A DNA stretch of 64,000 bases, from NCBI GenBank assembly GCA_965214565.1, contig OZ243951.1, positions 2,740,888 to 2,804,887 on the forward strand, written 5' to 3'. This DNA comes from Candidatus Aldehydirespiratoraceae bacterium. Its GTDB lineage: Bacteria; Actinomycetota; Acidimicrobiia; Acidimicrobiales; Aldehydirespiratoraceae. This document shows, piece after piece, positions 30,378-39,535 of the stretch; position 1 is the first letter of the stretch; the number at the start of each line of letters is the position of its first letter. The notes beneath the pieces were generated by a model. The model was given only the letters and a program-made list of their open reading frames with translations. It was not told the DNA's origin and searched no databases. The translations under genes were made by a program, and so were the position numbers.

Positions 30378-30399
30378 CGCGTTATCGTAGCTTCGGTCT

Positions 30400-31041
30400 A
30401 TGGCCAAGCCGCGATCACCCAAGGGCCGTGCACGCGTCACCAACGAGCGTCTGAGGTTCGAGTATCCCGACGCTGAGTGTGAACTTGACCATCGCAACGC
30501 CTTCGAGCTCCTGGTCGCCACGATTCTGTCGGCTCAGGCCACCGATGTGGGAGTGAACAAGGCGACACCGGCACTGTTCGTCCGCTTCCCAGATCCCTAT
30601 TCGCTCTCCGAGGTGGAGCCGACCGAGGTCGAACCCTATGTGAGCACGATCGGGCTGTTCCGTCAGAAGTCGAAGAGCCTGGTGAGAATGGCGAACGTCC
30701 TCGTCGATGACTATGACGGCGAGGTGCCTTCGGCGATGAAGGACCTGGTGCGGTTGCCCGGTGTCGGACGGAAGACCGCCAATGTCGTCCGCAGCGTCGC
30801 CATGGGACAGCCGGGCCTTCCGGTCGATACTCACGTGACCCGTCTTTCGAACCTGCTGGGGTTGACTCAACAGACCGACCCGGTCAAGATCGAACTCGAA
30901 CTCAACCCGATGGTGCCGGCATCGCAGCGGGGCGATTTCAGTTTGCGGATGATTCTTCACGGACGCCGGGTGTGCATCGCTCGAAGACCGCAATGCGAAG
31001 ACTGCGTGCTCAACGACTTCTGCCCGTCCAGTCTCCTGTGA
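30400..31041 (+). CDS. nth: Endonuclease III (DNA glycosylase/AP lyase)
   Basis: LLVATILSAQATD, HhH-GPD LPGVGRKTANVV, a catalytic-Asp region, and a C-terminal 4Fe-4S loop C-x6-C-x2-C-x5-C (CIARRPQCEDCVLNDFC). Confidence 0.93.
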   Translation: MAKPRSPKGRARVTNERLRFEYPDAECELDHRNAFELLVATILSAQATDVGVNKATPALFVRFPDPYSLSEVEPTEVEPYVSTIGLFRQKSKSLVRMANVLVDDYDGEVPSAMKDLVRLPGVGRKTANVVRSVAMGQPGLPVDTHVTRLSNLLGLTQQTDPVKIELELNPMVPASQRGDFSLRMILHGRRVCIARRPQCEDCVLNDFCPSSLL

Positions 31042-31176
31042 GCTGGTCCTGCGCGGTCATTTCTGCCTAATCGACGCTATTTTCTCGTTCCTTCAGCGGT
31101 ATATTGGCACTCTGGCCGAGCACCCGCCGCTTGGCCGACTCGGCGATACGAGGGATCCGCCGCCCCGTGTCGCCAT

Positions 31177-31218
31177 GCGGTGGCCTCCGTGAACGGAGGC
31201 CACCGCAACTCTTTTTGG
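31177..31218 (+). terminator. Strong intrinsic terminator hairpin (13-bp perfect GC-rich stem, TGAA loop, T-tract)
   Basis: GCGGTGGCCTCCG-TGAA-CGGAGGCCACCGC followed by AACTCTTTTTGG. It lies between the convergent nth and a small minus-strand ORF. Confidence 0.75.
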
Positions 31219-31252
31219 CGTAGTCAGGGCTTGCGCGCTGCTCGTCGCGCCC

Positions 31253-31444
31253 TCAATCGAGGTCTCGAGCTGTCGATCGCAGCCGGCGTTCGACTGTGAC
31301 CAGAGCTCTCTCAATTTCGTGCAGTCGCGCCAGAACCGGATCGTCGGGATCGGCGCCGCGGCGATTCGCCATCTCAGCGATGCGTTGAGCCACATCGGAC
31401 ACCACTGTGGTGAGGGAGGAGAGTTCGGCTGCGTCAGAATCCAT
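31253..31444 (-). CDS. Hypothetical small coiled-coil protein (63 aa)
   Basis: A clean ORF with moderate third-position GC bias, but no clear SD and no family recognised. The overlapping 231-aa ORF (31093-31788) looks spurious. Confidence 0.3.
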   Translation of the reverse strand: MDSDAAELSSLTTVVSDVAQRIAEMANRRGADPDDPVLARLHEIERALVTVERRLRSTARDLD

Positions 31445-31503
31445 CGTCGCAGTCTGCCCGTAAATTCACCTGAGCGCCGCACTGCGACCGGTAGCGTGGT
31501 GAG

Positions 31504-32793
31504 GTGCTGACACGAATCGATCTTCGCGATTTCGACGGTGACGTCGCGCAGAGGCTTCCCCGGCCGGAGCTTCCTTCGGAGGGGCCGGTCGAGGCGGTGC
31601 GCGAGATCCTGCAATCCGTCAAGGAGTTCGGAGACAGCGCTGTTCGCGAGTTCACCGAGCGTTTCGACGGCGTGAAGCTTGAATCTTCGGTTGTTCCGCC
31701 CTCTGAGCCTGGTGCAGCCTTGGAGCGGGTTGATCCTTTGGTGCGAATCGCATTGGAATCCGCTGCTCAGCGGATAGCGGTCTATCACGAGGCTCAGATG
31801 CCCACCGACGTCGATGTATCGGGTGCCGGGGTGGTGATCTCAGGCATGCACCGTCCAGTACGGCGTGCAGGATGCTACGTACCCGGCGGCAGAGCTGCGT
31901 ATCCATCGACGGTGCTGATGACCGCGATCGTTGCTCGGGTTGCGGGCGTGGCAGAAGTGGTCGTCTGCGTTCCTCCGGACTCCGACGGTTCTGTCCCCGA
32001 TGTCACTCTGGCTGCCGCGGCAGTGGCGGGCGCGGATGAAGTCTTCGCTGTGGGTGGTGCACAGGCGATCGGCGCGTTGGCGTACGGGACCGAGACGATT
32101 CGGCCGGTCGACGTGATCGTCGGTCCGGGCAACGCATACGTGGCGGTGGCCAAACAGCAGGTCGCCGGCGTGGTTGGTGTTCCGTCGTCGTTCGCTGGTC
32201 CTTCAGAAGTCGTGGTGGTAGCCGACGGATCCGCGCCCAGCGAGTTCGCGGCGATCGATCTGATAGTGCAGGCGGAGCACGGTCCTGACGGGTTGGCTTG
32301 GTTGGTCACCTGGGACGAGGGCTGCGCCGATGAAGTCGATGCTGAGCTTGAGCGTCTGGTTCGTCAAGCGCCGCGCCGCGACGATATTGAGTCGACCCTG
32401 GCCAAATCCGGCTATTCGGTATTGTGTTCAGGCCCGGCCCAGGCGATGGCGGTGTCGAACCACATCGCACCGGAGCATCTGGAACTCCAGACCGACGACC
32501 ACGAGCCTCTGCTCGGCCTGGTGCGCGACGCAGGTGCAGTCTTCTGCGGTGCCTGGACGCCCGCATCGCTCGGCGACTATGTGGCCGGTCCCTCCCATGT
32601 GCTGCCGACGAGCGGCACGGCACGCTTCGCCAGTTCGTTGACAGTGCGTGATTTCATGAAGGACATCCACGTCGTCACCGCTGATGAGCAGGGTTTCGCG
32701 ATGCTCGGCGACCATGTGAAGGCCCTCGCACGCGCCGAGGGCCTGCACGCGCACGCGGCCTCGATCCAGATACGTCAAGAGGCACGCTCGTGA
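31504..32793 (+). CDS. hisD: Histidinol dehydrogenase
   Basis: YVPGGRAAYPSTVLM, GPGNAYV, QAEHGPD and APEHLEL motifs. Confidence 0.95.
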   Translation: MLTRIDLRDFDGDVAQRLPRPELPSEGPVEAVREILQSVKEFGDSAVREFTERFDGVKLESSVVPPSEPGAALERVDPLVRIALESAAQRIAVYHEAQMPTDVDVSGAGVVISGMHRPVRRAGCYVPGGRAAYPSTVLMTAIVARVAGVAEVVVCVPPDSDGSVPDVTLAAAAVAGADEVFAVGGAQAIGALAYGTETIRPVDVIVGPGNAYVAVAKQQVAGVVGVPSSFAGPSEVVVVADGSAPSEFAAIDLIVQAEHGPDGLAWLVTWDEGCADEVDAELERLVRQAPRRDDIESTLAKSGYSVLCSGPAQAMAVSNHIAPEHLELQTDDHEPLLGLVRDAGAVFCGAWTPASLGDYVAGPSHVLPTSGTARFASSLTVRDFMKDIHVVTADEQGFAMLGDHVKALARAEGLHAHAASIQIRQEARS

Positions 32794-33863
32794 ACCCTCG
32801 AGCAGCGCCGCGGGAATCTATAGCTCTTATGCAGGGTTACCATTCACCACAACTTGAGGTTGAGGTTCGCCTTAACACCAATGAGAGCCCGGAGCCGCCT
32901 CCAGGTGAGTTCCGTGAGGCCGTGTCGGCTGCTGCACGCAGTATCGACTGGCACCGATATCCGGACCGCTCGGCGATGAAGTTGCGGACCCGTATCGGGG
33001 AGTTCCATGGGGTGGGCCCGGAGCAGGTGTTTGCGGCCAATGGTTCCAACGAGGCGTTGCAGACCCTTCTGCTGACCTATGGCGGCGCGGGACGCACCGC
33101 GGCTGTGTTCGAACCGACCTACGCTCTGCACTCCCACCTGAGCAGGATCACGGGCACCGCTGTGGCGAGCGGTGACCGGGGACCGGATTTTGCCCTGGAC
33201 GTTGCTGAGGTGAAACGGGTCGTCGAATCGCATCGTGCGGACGTGACTTTTCTCTGCTCGCCCAACAATCCCTCCGGAGTCGTCGACTGCCCCGATGCTG
33301 TGGGCGATGTGGTTGAACTTGTGAGCGGCGTCGGTGGGCTGCTGTGTGTTGATGAGGCTTACGGGCAGTTCAGTGAACATTCAACGATGACGCTGCTGGG
33401 CCAAGACGTCCCGTTGGTGGTGTCACGCACCTACTCGAAGACCTGGGCAATGGCCGGAGCCCGACTCGGTTATCTGATAGGTCCCTCCTGGATTGTCAGC
33501 GAACTTGAGAAGGTGGTTCTGCCCTATCATCTCGACGCCATGACCCAGATCGCCGGGACTCTGGCTCTCGACTATGCCGATGTCATGGAACAACGAGTGC
33601 AGAGGCTCGTGGCTGAACGGGAGCGTGTGGTGGCGGAGATGTCCTCCATGGCCGTCAGGGTGTGGCCCAGCGGAGCGAACTTCGTGCTGTTCCGCCCAGA
33701 GGAGCATCCAGGCGAGGTGGTCTGGCAGAAGCTGGTTGACCGCTCGGTGCTGGTTCGCAACTGTGCCTCATGGCCCCGCCTGCAGGGGTGTCTGCGGGTA
33801 ACGGTCGGCACTCCCCAAGAAGATGATCGATTCCTGGCAGCCTTACGAGAGGTGCTCACATGA
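32790..33863 (+). CDS. hisC: Histidinol-phosphate aminotransferase
   Basis: LNTNESP, NGSNE, PNNPSG, and the YSKTWAMAGARLGY PLP-lysine motif. Overlaps the hisD stop. Confidence 0.93.
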   Translation: MNPRAAPRESIALMQGYHSPQLEVEVRLNTNESPEPPPGEFREAVSAAARSIDWHRYPDRSAMKLRTRIGEFHGVGPEQVFAANGSNEALQTLLLTYGGAGRTAAVFEPTYALHSHLSRITGTAVASGDRGPDFALDVAEVKRVVESHRADVTFLCSPNNPSGVVDCPDAVGDVVELVSGVGGLLCVDEAYGQFSEHSTMTLLGQDVPLVVSRTYSKTWAMAGARLGYLIGPSWIVSELEKVVLPYHLDAMTQIAGTLALDYADVMEQRVQRLVAERERVVAEMSSMAVRVWPSGANFVLFRPEEHPGEVVWQKLVDRSVLVRNCASWPRLQGCLRVTVGTPQEDDRFLAALREVLT

Positions 33864-34471
33864 CAACCCCCACGACAAGTTCACCGCGTACCGGCGTCAT
33901 CAGCCGTGTAACCAAGGAGACTGCAATAGAGATCAACCTGGCTCTGGACGGCCGCGGCGACACCGACATCTCCACTGGCCTGCCCTTCTTTGACCACATG
34001 CTCGACCAACTCGGTCGACACGGATCGTTTGATCTCAAGGTCGAGGCCACCGGCGACTTGAGCATCGACGCGCACCACACAGTGGAGGACGTCGGTATTG
34101 CTCTGGGGGAGACCTTCGCCGGTGCTCTCGGCGACAAGCGGGGTGTGCGTCGCTTCGCTTCCAACGTGGTGCCGCTCGACGAGGCCGCGGTGGAGATCGT
34201 GCTCGACCTGTCCGGCCGGCCCTATTTTCACTATGAAGTCGAATTCCCCGGGGAGAAGATCCTCGGCGATCCGCCCTTCGACCCGCAACTGGTGGAGGAG
34301 TTCTGGCGGGCGTTCGTGACCTCGGCAGGCGTGACCCTGCACATCGTCGGGCGACGGGGTAAGAACACCCACCACATCATCGAGGCCATGTTCAAGGGTG
34401 TGGCCCGGTCCCTGCGCGATGCCGTCGCGGTCGAGGGGGATGTGTTGCCGTCAACCAAGGGCACGCTGTGA
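33860..34471 (+). CDS. hisB: Imidazoleglycerol-phosphate dehydratase
   Basis: TKETAIEINL, FFDHMLDQL, DAHHTVEDVGIALG and NTHHIIEAMFK motifs. Confidence 0.95.
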   Translation: MTTPTTSSPRTGVISRVTKETAIEINLALDGRGDTDISTGLPFFDHMLDQLGRHGSFDLKVEATGDLSIDAHHTVEDVGIALGETFAGALGDKRGVRRFASNVVPLDEAAVEIVLDLSGRPYFHYEVEFPGEKILGDPPFDPQLVEEFWRAFVTSAGVTLHIVGRRGKNTHHIIEAMFKGVARSLRDAVAVEGDVLPSTKGTL

Positions 34472-35127
34472 GGCTGCGGGGCGAAGCGGTGCGGGGTGAC
34501 CGGCCGCTGTTGGCGGTGCTCGACTATGGCATCGGCAATCTGCACTCGGCCCAGAAGGGCTTCTCCCATGTGGGTGCGGATACCAGGCTGACCGACGACA
34601 GAGGCCTGATCCGTGACGCCTGCGGTGTGGTGCTTCCGGGTGTGGGGGCGTTCGGACCCTGCATGAGGGCGCTGAGAGCGGCGGGTCTCGACGAAGTCGC
34701 CATGGACCGCATCGGTGCCGGCGTTCCGTTCTTTGGAATCTGCATCGGCATGCAGATGTTGTTCGCCGGTTCGGAGGAGGCACCCGATATCGACGGGCTC
34801 GGGGTGTTCAATCAGTCCGTGCGACTGCTTCCCGATACCGTCAAGCGACCGCAGATCCAATGGAACAGGCTCAACGCAACGACCGAGCACCCGATGCTGG
34901 CCGGCCTAGGCGACGACGCCTGGGTCTACTTCGTTCATTCCTATGCCGCAGAGATCAGCGAAGACGTCATTGCGACCTGCGACTACGGCGGACCGGTCGC
35001 CGCTGCGATAGCTCGCGACAATGTCTGGGCGGCACAGTTCCACCCCGAGAAGTCGGGTGCGGTGGGAATGCAGATCCTGTCCAATTTCGTCTCGTACGCA
35101 GCAGAAGCGACGAGAGTCGCAGCTTGA
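34468..35127 (+). CDS. hisH: Imidazole glycerol phosphate synthase, glutaminase subunit
   Basis: DYGIGNLHS, LPGVGAFG, GICIGMQ, HSY and QFHPEKS motifs. Confidence 0.93.
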   Translation: MRLRGEAVRGDRPLLAVLDYGIGNLHSAQKGFSHVGADTRLTDDRGLIRDACGVVLPGVGAFGPCMRALRAAGLDEVAMDRIGAGVPFFGICIGMQMLFAGSEEAPDIDGLGVFNQSVRLLPDTVKRPQIQWNRLNATTEHPMLAGLGDDAWVYFVHSYAAEISEDVIATCDYGGPVAAAIARDNVWAAQFHPEKSGAVGMQILSNFVSYAAEATRVAA

Positions 35128-35858
35128 TGGACCTCTACCCGGCGATCGACCTGCGTGGCGGCAAGTGTGTTCGGCTGCTGCAGGGGGACTACGGACGCGA
35201 GACCGTCTACGGCTATGATCCGCTGGCGCAGGCCCGCGCCTTCGTCGAGGCCGGCGCGCGGTGGATCCACGTCGTCGACCTCGATGCGGCGCGTACCGGG
35301 ATCCCTGAGAACCGGGAGGTCGTCGCGGCTATTGCCGATGCGGTGCCGGTGCCCGTTCAGACAGGCGGAGGCGTTCGCAGTGCGGAGGCGGCTCAAGCAC
35401 TGTTCGACGCTGGTGTGGAGCGCGTCGTGATAGGAACGGCAGCGTTGAGGGATCCTGATCTGGTGGTTGCTCTGGCGCAGCAGAACCGGGTGGCGGTTGG
35501 TCTCGACGCCAAGTCGGGCGAGGTGGCCACCGACGGTTGGCTCGTCGGCTCCGGTCGCACGGTGGCCGAGGTCGCCTGTTCGTTCGTGGACACCGGAGTC
35601 GACGCGTTCGTGGTTACCGACATCGGTCGGGACGGCACCCTCGATGGCCCCGATGTCGCGGGACTCTCCGAGATCCTTGCGGTGACCCGAACCGATGTGA
35701 TCGCCAGTGGGGGAGTGGGGAGTCTTGACGACCTCAAGGAACTCGACGGTATCGAGGTGGGGGGTCGCCGACTCAGCGGTGTGATTGCAGGCAAGGCGTT
35801 CTATGAGGGCCGCATCGATGTGGCCGCCGCGGTCGCCGCGTTGCGGGAGACTCGCTGA
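35127..35858 (+). CDS. hisA: ProFAR isomerase HisA (HisA/PriA family)
   Basis: [35 protein letters not shown] and ASGGV motifs. The ATG overlaps the hisH stop (TGATG). Confidence 0.93.
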   Translation: MDLYPAIDLRGGKCVRLLQGDYGRETVYGYDPLAQARAFVEAGARWIHVVDLDAARTGIPENREVVAAIADAVPVPVQTGGGVRSAEAAQALFDAGVERVVIGTAALRDPDLVVALAQQNRVAVGLDAKSGEVATDGWLVGSGRTVAEVACSFVDTGVDAFVVTDIGRDGTLDGPDVAGLSEILAVTRTDVIASGGVGSLDDLKELDGIEVGGRRLSGVIAGKAFYEGRIDVAAAVAALRETR

Positions 35859-35860
35859 CC

Positions 35861-36631
35861 GTGCGGGCGATCCGGGTGATTCCGTGTCTTGATGTCGATG
35901 CCGGAAGGGTGGTGAAGGGCGTCAACTTTGTGGACATCCGTGATGCCGGTGATCCCGTCGAACTAGCCGCCGCCTACGATGTTCAGGGTGCCGATGAGGT
36001 GGTGTTCCTGGACATCACCGCTTCTTCGGACCAGCGCGACACGACGGTCCAGATGGCCCGAGCTGTCGCGGATCAGGTCTTCATCCCCTTCACCATCGGT
36101 GGTGGGATCCGCACTGTCGACGATGCCCGTCGCTTGCTGATGGCCGGCGCCGACAAGGTGAGTGTCATGACCGCAGCGATAAAGCGTCCGGTGTTGGTCA
36201 CCGAGATAAGCAGGGAGTTCGGAGCGCAGTGTTGTGTCGTCGCCATCGACGCCCGCCGGGTGGACGGCAGCGACGACGCCTTCGAGGTCTACACGCACGG
36301 CGGCAGGATCCGTACCGGCGTCGACGCGCTCGAGTGGGCCTCAGAGGTGCAGCGCCTCGGTGCTGGTGAGATTCTGCTCACCTCGATGGACACCGACGGC
36401 ACCAAGGACGGATTCGATATTCCTCTCACCGCGGCGGTGACCGCGGCTGTGGACATCCCGGTGATCGCCAGCGGCGGTGTGGGGACGCTGCAGCACATGG
36501 TCGAAGGGGTCGTCGAAGGTGGCGCCGACGCGGTGCTGGCGGCGAGCATCTTCCATTTCGGCGAGCACACCGTGGCCGACGCCAAACGGGTGCTGACCGC
36601 GAACGGCGTAACGGTCCGCCCTCCGAACTGA
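35861..36631 (+). CDS. hisF: Imidazole glycerol phosphate synthase, cyclase subunit
   Basis: [33 protein letters not shown] and ASGG motifs. Confidence 0.95.
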   Translation: MRAIRVIPCLDVDAGRVVKGVNFVDIRDAGDPVELAAAYDVQGADEVVFLDITASSDQRDTTVQMARAVADQVFIPFTIGGGIRTVDDARRLLMAGADKVSVMTAAIKRPVLVTEISREFGAQCCVVAIDARRVDGSDDAFEVYTHGGRIRTGVDALEWASEVQRLGAGEILLTSMDTDGTKDGFDIPLTAAVTAAVDIPVIASGGVGTLQHMVEGVVEGGADAVLAASIFHFGEHTVADAKRVLTANGVTVRPPN

Positions 36632-36642
36632 TCCCTTGTTGC

Positions 36643-36670
36643 GGCCCTCCACGGGCAGGGCCTGTTTCCT
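36643..36670 (+). terminator. Possible terminator hairpin after hisF
   Basis: GGCCCT-ccacgggc-AGGGCC followed by TGTTTCCT. The stem is short and the T-tract weak. Confidence 0.35.
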
Positions 36671-36727
36671 GGCACATCCGGACGAGCCCATAAGGCTAGG
36701 ATCCACAAGGGAGGATCGGGTGCGGAG

Positions 36728-38107
36728 ATGCTAGTCGGACTGAAGATCAAGAACTTCAAGAGCATCCGGGATGCACACGTACGCTTGGGGCCCTTCACAT
36801 GCTTCATCGGTCACAACGGGGTGGGGAAGAGCAATCTGTTCGATGCGATCCACTTTCTGAGTTCTCTGGCCGAGCACGACATCCCTGAGGCAGCCACGCT
36901 GGTCAGGAGTGCCAGTGACGGCAGCTACTCGCCTCTGGACTTGGTGTTCGGCCGGGACCCGACCCGCAAGATTGAACTGACGGCCGACATGATCGCCCCC
37001 CAACAAGTCGAAGACGACTTCGGTGAGGAGGCGACACCCAGCACGACGCTGTTGACCTACTCTTTAACGCTCGGTTATCAAGGTGAATCCGACCGCTTGG
37101 TTGTCGAGAATGAGAGCCTGACACACGCAAGGCTCGGGGAGTACAAGAAGTTCGTCGGCTTCGCGTCCTCCGCCGACTTCAGGGAGTCGGTTGCCGTCGG
37201 GTCGCGCCGGGGCGGGGCACTGATTTCGACGAATTCAGAGGATCGCCGGATCATGCTTCATGGTGATGGTGGCAGCAGGGGGAGGCCAACGCCCGTGGGC
37301 AAGTCACCGTTGACGGTGGTCGGAGGCACCAATACCTTCAACTATCCGACGGTGCTTGCGGCGAAACGAGAAATGTCCTCTTGGCGGACTCTCCACCTTG
37401 AGCCGAGTGTCATGAGGGCTCCCGACCCGCGCTCGGCACCTCGACACGTCTCGGCTTCAGGAGGACATATTGCAGCGACACTCAATGCGCTCATACAACA
37501 GCACCCCGACTCCAGACTTGAGATAGTCAACAATCTTCGTGAACTCAACTCGGGTATCGAAGAGATAGACGTCCACAGCGACGAAGTCAGGGACCAGTTG
37601 ACCTTGAGGGCGAGGGTTCCCGGAGTGGACAACTGGCTCTACGGACGGTCCCTGTCCGACGGCACGCTGAGATATGTTGCGCTCGCTTTGATGTTGGCAG
37701 ATGTTCAGGACAGGGCAGTCCTATGCATGGAGGAGCCGGAGAATGGAATCCACCCGTCACGTATTCCCAATCTTGTGGAGTTACTGCGTGACTACGCGGT
37801 GGATGTCGGTGAGCCAGTTGCTGATGACAATCCACTGAGACAAGTCCTGATCAACACGCACTCACCAGAAGTAGTACGTCAGGTCGAGTTGGACGAGATG
37901 ATCTTTGTTGAAGTTGCCAATTCCCCCCGGGACGGCCAGTACAGCGTTTTTCGGCCGATTGAAGACACTTGGCGCGTGCCTGCCCTTGACGGGACCGAGT
38001 CAGAGGTACTACCCAAAGCTAAGCAACGCGTGGCGGATTTCATCGGCGGTTCGCCGGTCAACACCAAGCTTGGTCAGTTGCAGTTCGATTTCGGGTCTGC
38101 TCGGTGA
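36728..38107 (+). CDS. ABC/SMC-like ATPase of the AAA_15/AAA_21 type (RecF/OLD-ATPase-like), 459 aa
   Basis: N-terminal IKNFKSIRD...[14 protein letters not shown] (Walker A), a long helical/insert region, then [15 protein letters not shown] (signature-like), [13 protein letters not shown] (Walker B/D-loop) and INTHSPEVV (H-loop). A GGGAGGA SD lies upstream. GC is visibly lower than in hisF. Confidence 0.85.
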   Translation: MLVGLKIKNFKSIRDAHVRLGPFTCFIGHNGVGKSNLFDAIHFLSSLAEHDIPEAATLVRSASDGSYSPLDLVFGRDPTRKIELTADMIAPQQVEDDFGEEATPSTTLLTYSLTLGYQGESDRLVVENESLTHARLGEYKKFVGFASSADFRESVAVGSRRGGALISTNSEDRRIMLHGDGGSRGRPTPVGKSPLTVVGGTNTFNYPTVLAAKREMSSWRTLHLEPSVMRAPDPRSAPRHVSASGGHIAATLNALIQQHPDSRLEIVNNLRELNSGIEEIDVHSDEVRDQLTLRARVPGVDNWLYGRSLSDGTLRYVALALMLADVQDRAVLCMEEPENGIHPSRIPNLVELLRDYAVDVGEPVADDNPLRQVLINTHSPEVVRQVELDEMIFVEVANSPRDGQYSVFRPIEDTWRVPALDGTESEVLPKAKQRVADFIGGSPVNTKLGQLQFDFGSAR

Positions 38108-38691
38108 GTCGGCAGATCACCTACACAGTCGTGGCAGACGGTGGGACCGACAGGCTCCTGGTGCCCATCATTGACTGGACCATTCATCGACTTGATCCGG
38201 AGGTCGACATTCTCGAGCCTGAGTTTGAGAAACGGGCCGGAAGCGTCGGTGAGCATTTCGAGAGTTCCACGCGCACCACCATGCTGGTCTTCGCTCATCG
38301 CGACGCCGAGGCTTCGAGCATCGATGACCGTCTGCGCGAATTCGACAGTGTGTCCGGTGTGGTTCCCGTGGTTCCGGTTCGGATGTCCGAGGCTTGGCTC
38401 CTGATCGATGGCGACGCGATCGCCCGAGCCGCCGATTCGCGTGCCGCGGTCGATTTGCCCAAGTTGAACACGCTCGAAAACGTTGTTGATCCGAAATCTG
38501 AGTTGGAAACGCTCCTGTTCGCGGCGGCGGGTTCTCCGACGGGGCGCCGCGGAAAGAAGTTCAAGAGTTCGTTGGCGAAGCGCCGTGTGAACCTGGCGTC
38601 ACTCATTACGGACTACAGCCCGCTCGAGAGTCTTGAAGCGTTCCGCCGATTTCAATCCTCTCTCGCCGACGCGTACCCCTACCGCCTGTAG
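38104..38691 (+). CDS. Small partner protein of the ATPase, Toprim-like/DUF4276-like (function inferred)
   Basis: The GTG start overlaps the ATPase stop (GTGA). 195 aa, with an N-terminal strand plus acidic motif YTVVADGGTDRLLV, then FAHRDAE, RMSEAWLLIDG and KSELETLLF. From memory, this pattern resembles DUF4276/Toprim-type partners of AAA_21 ATPases. Confidence 0.6.
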   Translation: MSRQITYTVVADGGTDRLLVPIIDWTIHRLDPEVDILEPEFEKRAGSVGEHFESSTRTTMLVFAHRDAEASSIDDRLREFDSVSGVVPVVPVRMSEAWLLIDGDAIARAADSRAAVDLPKLNTLENVVDPKSELETLLFAAAGSPTGRRGKKFKSSLAKRRVNLASLITDYSPLESLEAFRRFQSSLADAYPYRL

Positions 38692-38821
38692 TTCTCGTAT
38701 TCTGTGCGTTCGCGCGAGGTCGAGCCGTGCGGTACTACGGGAGTTGATCGGACGGACGCTCAAGGGTCGGGCCAGCGGTCCCGACAGCGCTCGGGCTGAT
38801 CCGAGCGTGTGCAGCAGCAGG

Positions 38822-39052
38822 ATGACCGAGATCCCGGCCGCTGAGACTTGTCGCCTGATCGTCGCCGCGGTGGACGCCGACCAGTTGCTACTAGCCGCTC
38901 ACGTTCACGCCGACTTTGAGCCCCTTGAGCGTGAGCGCAGCGACGCGGTGAACGCGGCACGCCGGGCGCTACGCGATGGAGGTCGTTCCAACGCGCTGAT
39001 GGTCTGGAGAATGAGCAGCGGGGACATGGACCTGTTGACCGCGCGGGGCTGA
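38822..39052 (+). CDS. Hypothetical small ORF (76 aa) or gene remnant
   Basis: High third-position GC in this frame, but no convincing SD, no recognisable family, and an ambiguous start (TTG 38744 / GTG 38807 / ATG 38822). Confidence 0.25.
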   Translation: MTEIPAAETCRLIVAAVDADQLLLAAHVHADFEPLERERSDAVNAARRALRDGGRSNALMVWRMSSGDMDLLTARG

Positions 39053-39104
39053 TCCGGGCGCGCGTATCACAGTGACTATCGCTGTAGCAGCCAAATGCAA
39101 CATT

Positions 39105-39164
39105 GGCCGGAGTTGTGTCGTGCAGGCCGGAGTTGTGTCGTGCAGGCCGGAGTTGTGTTGTGTG
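39105..39164. repeat. Tandem repeat, 20-bp unit GGCCGGAGTTGTGTCGTGCA x~3
   Basis: Copies at 39105-39124 and 39125-39144 are identical. The third copy (39145-~39164) diverges at its 3' end (…GTGTTGTGTG). It lies in a stretch with no convincing gene. Confidence 0.9.
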
Positions 39165-39535
39165 CGTCTGTGAGCAACGTCGGGCTTGGCCAAGGCAGCC
39201 CGAACCCGTTCTCTCCAGGGTTTGGAACGTCGGTGGACACAGCACGCCGAGGCACGAAACGCGAACGGCTGACCGGTCGCTGCAACCTCACCAACAGCGG
39301 TCCGGTGGTCGCTGCTCGGCGAGGTGCGTTCAGTGGTCGGGGACCTAGGCGCGACCGGCGGGATCGCAGCGATCACCGCTTTGGTGAACGCGTTACCGCT
39401 CGACGTTCGACACTGGACATTGGCTGGCTACAACGACATGCGCAACACAACCGCCGCCGATGTGCAACGATTGCCCGATCCCGCCATAACGGCCCAGACA
39501 GCCCTCCCTGAACAGCGTTGACGCAAACGACGGGT

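Noticed and set aside
31093-31788. 231-aa minus-strand ORF overlapping the hisD start and the small 63-aa ORF region
   Set aside because: It overlaps the 5' part of hisD on the opposite strand and shows no coding-like features. Only the in-phase 63-aa ORF (31253-31444) was kept, at low confidence.
39095-39511. Several overlapping 60-160-aa ORFs on both strands across the 20-bp tandem repeat region
   Set aside because: They are mutually exclusive. Their translations are Arg/Cys/Pro-rich or simply reflect the repeat (for example the repeated RPARHNSG/GLHDTTPA peptides). None has an SD sequence or family resemblance.
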